From NCBI GenBank assembly GCA_963663865.1, contig OY760686.1, forward strand, positions 32,001 to 96,000: a DNA stretch of 64,000 nucleotides. The letters run 5' to 3'. Source of the stretch: Spirochaetota bacterium (lineage in GTDB: Bacteria; Spirochaetota; UBA4802; UBA5550). Shown one piece after another: positions 60,358 through 64,000 of this stretch. The stretch's first letter is position 1; every line of letters starts with the position of its first letter. The position numbers and the translations under genes are program-made. The notes beneath the pieces are model-generated. The model saw only the letters and a list, made by a program, of their open reading frames with translations. It searched no databases and was not told the DNA's origin.

Positions 60358-60596
60358 ATAACTCATCAAAGCTAAAACAAACACCCTCATTTCATTTTAT
60401 CAACTACTTTTCAGAACAGCTTTAAACAACAGCGCCATAAGCGGCGGGTGCTTTACAAACAACATTCAACAAGAAATTTTATTTGACTCTATCCCCCCAT
60501 GCAGAAAATTATTTCATGCAAGTTGTCTCAGAATAAGAGCATATATTGATTTCATAGTATTGACTAATATAGTTACAATTGGGGAATTAAAGCCGA

Positions 60597-62066
60597 ATGA
60601 CAGTCACCCTTCTGGTACCATTTTTGATCCTCTCGGCCTCCCTGCATCTGGCCCTCGGCTTCCTGTCGCTGAACCGCCGCTTTCCCTATTCGCGCTACGC
60701 GTTCATGGTTCTGTCCTCAATTGCCGTCTATCAATTAGGCTACAGCCTTGAGATATTATCCCCTGAGCTCCAGGAGAAGCTGTTCTGGTCAAAGGTCCAG
60801 TATATCGGCATACCTCTTATTCTGCTTTCCCTGTCTTTCTTCGTTACAGGATTCTCAAATATCGACAGAAAACCTTTTCCCGTATATGCCAAAATCCTGT
60901 GGATAATCCCGGTCTCAGTAACACTGCTCCGTTGGACCGACGAATGGCATGGCCTTGTGTACAGCAGCGTTAGGCTGATAGAATGGCAGGGCCATGATTT
61001 ACTCGATATCGAACCGGGCCCGGTTTACTGGTTCCAGATATGCATGCATTATTTCAACTCCCTTTTCTCCAGCTTTCTCATGTTCCGTTTTCTTAAAAAA
61101 AGCACCGGCGATCTTCTTAAAGGCAGCATTCTGCTGACTGCAATGACGCTGCTTCCATTTCTTGGCCTCTTCGCCTATGTCTTCCGCATAGGCCCCGTTG
61201 ACCCTTCGCCCTTTACTCTCGCTCTGGCCGGGCCTCTCTTCGCACGTGCGCTCTTCCAGCTCAGGCTCTTCTCCATCAGCCCGGTCGCCCGCGACACCGT
61301 GCTCGAGACCCTTGAAACCGGGGTGCTGGTCCTTGATAAAAAGCACAAAATTACTGACTTCAACCGCGCGTGGGAATCCATGCTTCCGTCAGCGCCAAAG
61401 TACCTGCTTGGCTCATCAATTGACCTTGTAATGCCGGAGCTGTCCGGACTGTTGTCCAATCACGATAACAGCAACAAGCCGGCATCCACCATCAAGATAA
61501 GTGGAAGACATTTTGACCTCGCGGTAAACACCCTTCCCAATGGCACGGGAAAGACAATCGCTTTCTATGAAACCACTCAACGCAAGGAACTCGAAAAGCG
61601 GCTGAGGTACCTGAGCTTTCACGATGCTCTCACCGGACTCTACAACCGCGCCTTTTTTAACGAAGAGCTGGACCGTGCACGCAAAAGCAGATCCTTCCCG
61701 GTAGGTTTCCTGGTTATCGATTTGAATGGGCTTAAGTCAGTCAATGACTCAAAAGGTCATGCCGCGGGTGACATCCTGATTCAGAAAGCCGCGGAGGCGA
61801 TACGAGCCCCTCTTCGCAGCCACGAGCTGGTAGCAAGGACGGGAGGCGACGAATTTCAGGTAATGATCCCCAACTGCACCGAATCAGCGCTGGCAGCGAT
61901 TCAGGAACGCATCTGTACCGATCTGTGCAGCTCAGCTGTCAGCGCCTCTTGCGGGGCCGCTATCGCTGTGAGCGAAGACGAAATTCCTGATGCCCTTGCG
62001 CTGGCTGACGCCAGGATGTACGAGGACAAGAACAGGGGAAGAGAAATACCTGAAGTACGCTTATAG
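60597..62066 (+). CDS. Diguanylate cyclase with HisKA_7TM and PAS-like domains
   Basis: GYSLEI...KVQYIG 7TM; SPVARDTVLE; HDALTGLYNR, DLNGLKSVND, RTGGDEF. Confidence 0.92.
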   Translation: MTVTLLVPFLILSASLHLALGFLSLNRRFPYSRYAFMVLSSIAVYQLGYSLEILSPELQEKLFWSKVQYIGIPLILLSLSFFVTGFSNIDRKPFPVYAKILWIIPVSVTLLRWTDEWHGLVYSSVRLIEWQGHDLLDIEPGPVYWFQICMHYFNSLFSSFLMFRFLKKSTGDLLKGSILLTAMTLLPFLGLFAYVFRIGPVDPSPFTLALAGPLFARALFQLRLFSISPVARDTVLETLETGVLVLDKKHKITDFNRAWESMLPSAPKYLLGSSIDLVMPELSGLLSNHDNSNKPASTIKISGRHFDLAVNTLPNGTGKTIAFYETTQRKELEKRLRYLSFHDALTGLYNRAFFNEELDRARKSRSFPVGFLVIDLNGLKSVNDSKGHAAGDILIQKAAEAIRAPLRSHELVARTGGDEFQVMIPNCTESALAAIQERICTDLCSSAVSASCGAAIAVSEDEIPDALALADARMYEDKNRGREIPEVRL

Positions 62067-62116
62067 TCCAGTATAGCTCCTATTATAGTCCTATTGTAGT
62101 CCTATCGTGGTCCTAT
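62062..62116. repeat. About five degenerate 11-bp tandem repeats
   Basis: TATAGTCCAG / TATAGCTCCTAT / TATAGTCCTAT / TGTAGTCCTAT / CGTGGTCCTAT. Confidence 0.7.
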
Positions 62117-62283
62117 CTCAATCCAGCGGGATGCACATTCCGACCGCTTTTCCCCGGTCTTGTCTGTGGGGTTATTTTTAGCACACTTTTTTGTCTGATA
62201 TCGCGCAGCAGATATGCGCGCTACCAATGCTATTGCTGTCGAGGTTGATATAATTCATTCAGTACCCCCATATTATTCCACAC

Positions 62284-63546
62284 TTACAATACGGTCAGTT
62301 TTGATTCAATCAGATCATTTGCCTGACCTTTTCCCACCGGCCAGGCGGCTGTTCGGTCGCGCCCGGAAGTCTTTGCCTCGTACAGGGCAGCATCGGCCGC
62401 GGCCTGCATCTGCTCCATGTCAGAGAAGGATGAGTCATTCCAGCAGATTCCGATACTCACTGTAATTCTGACATCCTGGTACGGGGCTTCAAATCGCATA
62501 ATCCTTACCTTCTCCCTGATTCTGCCTGCAGCGTCCGTCAGGGTTTCCCGTGTGACCCCTGACATAAACAGGACAAACTCCTCGCCTCCGTACCTTGCCA
62601 GTCGATCCAGTGAGCGCAGCGACTGCTGAATGGTGGCGGCCGTCTTCGCGATAGCTGTATCTCCAAACTGATGTCCGTAGGTATCATTTATCGGCTTGAA
62701 ATGGTCGATATCGATCATCATCACGCCGTCCCCCTTCATGATACGTGACGGGCACACCTTCGAGAACCACCGCCTGTTGCCAATCCCGGTCAGCACGTCG
62801 GTTTCCGAGGCCACTCTAAGCCGCTCCTCGATCCTGTCTTTGACCACCCCGTATGTGTAGATTATCATTAAAAAGTTGATAAACAGCTGAAGCGTAAAGC
62901 CGTACTTAAGCGCGTTTACATATGAATCGGCAAATATAAGGTGCCCTGCCACCAGAAGAAAGGCCGCTGAACCCGAGGCAAGTACTATTGACAGCACCAG
63001 ACGCGATGGAACTGGATCAAGGCGGCGGTTATAAAAAAGAGCCACAGAAGATAAAAGCAGGGAAACCCCCGCTGTAATGTGGAACACGGCTGAGCGTACC
63101 CTGTCATTAAGCCATATTTCAGTAAACAGTGAAACCGCCGTAACTGCCAGAAATAGAACGGCAATCAGATGAATGCTGTAACGGGTACGTTTAAGCGCCA
63201 ACCCCCTGAAGCCGATTACGAGAAGAGGATAGCCCGTTACTCCGAGAAACATCGTGACAACAGTCCAATGGGCATGAGACAGCTTCTGGTGCATCCCCAT
63301 CCCCGCAACAACTGAACCAATTCCTATAAAAAAATAAGATGCAGCGAGCTGACGCAGTGCTGTTCGTTCAACAGCACGTACCGAAAGCTGGAGAAAGAGG
63401 ACAACACCCGCCAAAAGGACGGTGTAGTATATTGATACTATGGTCGGCAGATGCAATTCATTCCCCCTTAAAACAGTCAATGCTGTCATTTCCTGCGTTT
63501 CAATCCGTGCTCTAAGATTTTGTTTATACGAAATTTTTATTAACAA
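62284..63546 (-). CDS. Membrane diguanylate cyclase (GGDEF)
   Basis: TM region; DVLTGIGNRR, DIDHFKPINDTYGHQFGD, RYGGEEF. True start is probably downstream of 63546. Confidence 0.9.
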   Translation of the reverse strand: MLIKISYKQNLRARIETQEMTALTVLRGNELHLPTIVSIYYTVLLAGVVLFLQLSVRAVERTALRQLAASYFFIGIGSVVAGMGMHQKLSHAHWTVVTMFLGVTGYPLLVIGFRGLALKRTRYSIHLIAVLFLAVTAVSLFTEIWLNDRVRSAVFHITAGVSLLLSSVALFYNRRLDPVPSRLVLSIVLASGSAAFLLVAGHLIFADSYVNALKYGFTLQLFINFLMIIYTYGVVKDRIEERLRVASETDVLTGIGNRRWFSKVCPSRIMKGDGVMMIDIDHFKPINDTYGHQFGDTAIAKTAATIQQSLRSLDRLARYGGEEFVLFMSGVTRETLTDAAGRIREKVRIMRFEAPYQDVRITVSIGICWNDSSFSDMEQMQAAADAALYEAKTSGRDRTAAWPVGKGQANDLIESKLTVL

Positions 63547-64000
63547 AAAATAGCATAAAAAAACAATAATTATTCCTGCTGCTCAAAAAAAACTCATGCC
63601 TCACATGTTAGCTGCAACTCCCAAAATTTTTCTTGATATTTAGCTTATATTGTGTTCATAATGCAGTTACTGTAGTAGTTCATGACAGCCTTCTCTCGAT
63701 ACATAATTCGGAAAGGGATATATGACTGAGATGACGGAAAGCGCCGACCCAAACTCACTGCCCGGCACGGGGTTCTTCCGCGTGTCAGGATGGCCGCCCG
63801 GAGGCCCGGCCTGTTTCCAATGCCGGCATCATCCTCAGGTTATGCGCGCCCTTCCCCTGCTCCGCCGGCCGGCGGCTTTACGAAAATGCCAGACTTCTCC
63901 TCAGAGCCATTATCCACCCCACAAATGCACATCAACCTGCGGACCCGGAGACGGACAGCCCGTTCAGCAATACCGTGTCCGCCGCTTAAGCAATACGCCG

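Noticed and set aside
63722-64000. Open frame from ATG 63722 to the window end
   Set aside because: It is Pro/Arg/Cys-rich with no recognisable motif and is truncated, so it cannot be supported as a gene.

Overview
This is a bacterial chromosomal window, most consistent with a free-living spirochete (inference from a stand-alone 5S rRNA gene, many Cys-lipoproteins and a FlgD-Ig/OmpA protein). The backbone carries housekeeping and signalling genes: purA (partial), a LysM/M23 protein, dsbD-like, pth, htpG, smpB, a CPA2 antiporter, cheD/HDOD, two-subunit fumarate hydratase, rsgA, rtcB, a Dps-like protein, an RND pump, rsmE, a YqhC/YqhD-like pair, three GGDEF proteins and one EAL protein. The standout feature is three separate AT-rich, minus-strand cassettes (about 9.6-14.9, 23.0-31.5 and 54.8-60.4 kb). 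Each combines a GH3 glycosidase lipoprotein, a membrane-anchored AraC regulator, and one or two intact, highly diverged IS110-family recombinase homologues (four in total). By manual alignment, all four lack the DEDD catalytic residues but share their own signature residues. A conserved 26-28 bp non-coding motif lies upstream of several cassette genes. This suggests a domesticated, catalytically dead IS110-derived (possibly RNA-guided) regulatory system, which is a hypothesis and not tested here. Also present are a complete IS3 element with a TAT target duplication, a candidate leader-peptide attenuator before rsgA, MarR operator palindromes and a frameshifted DUF2238 gene.
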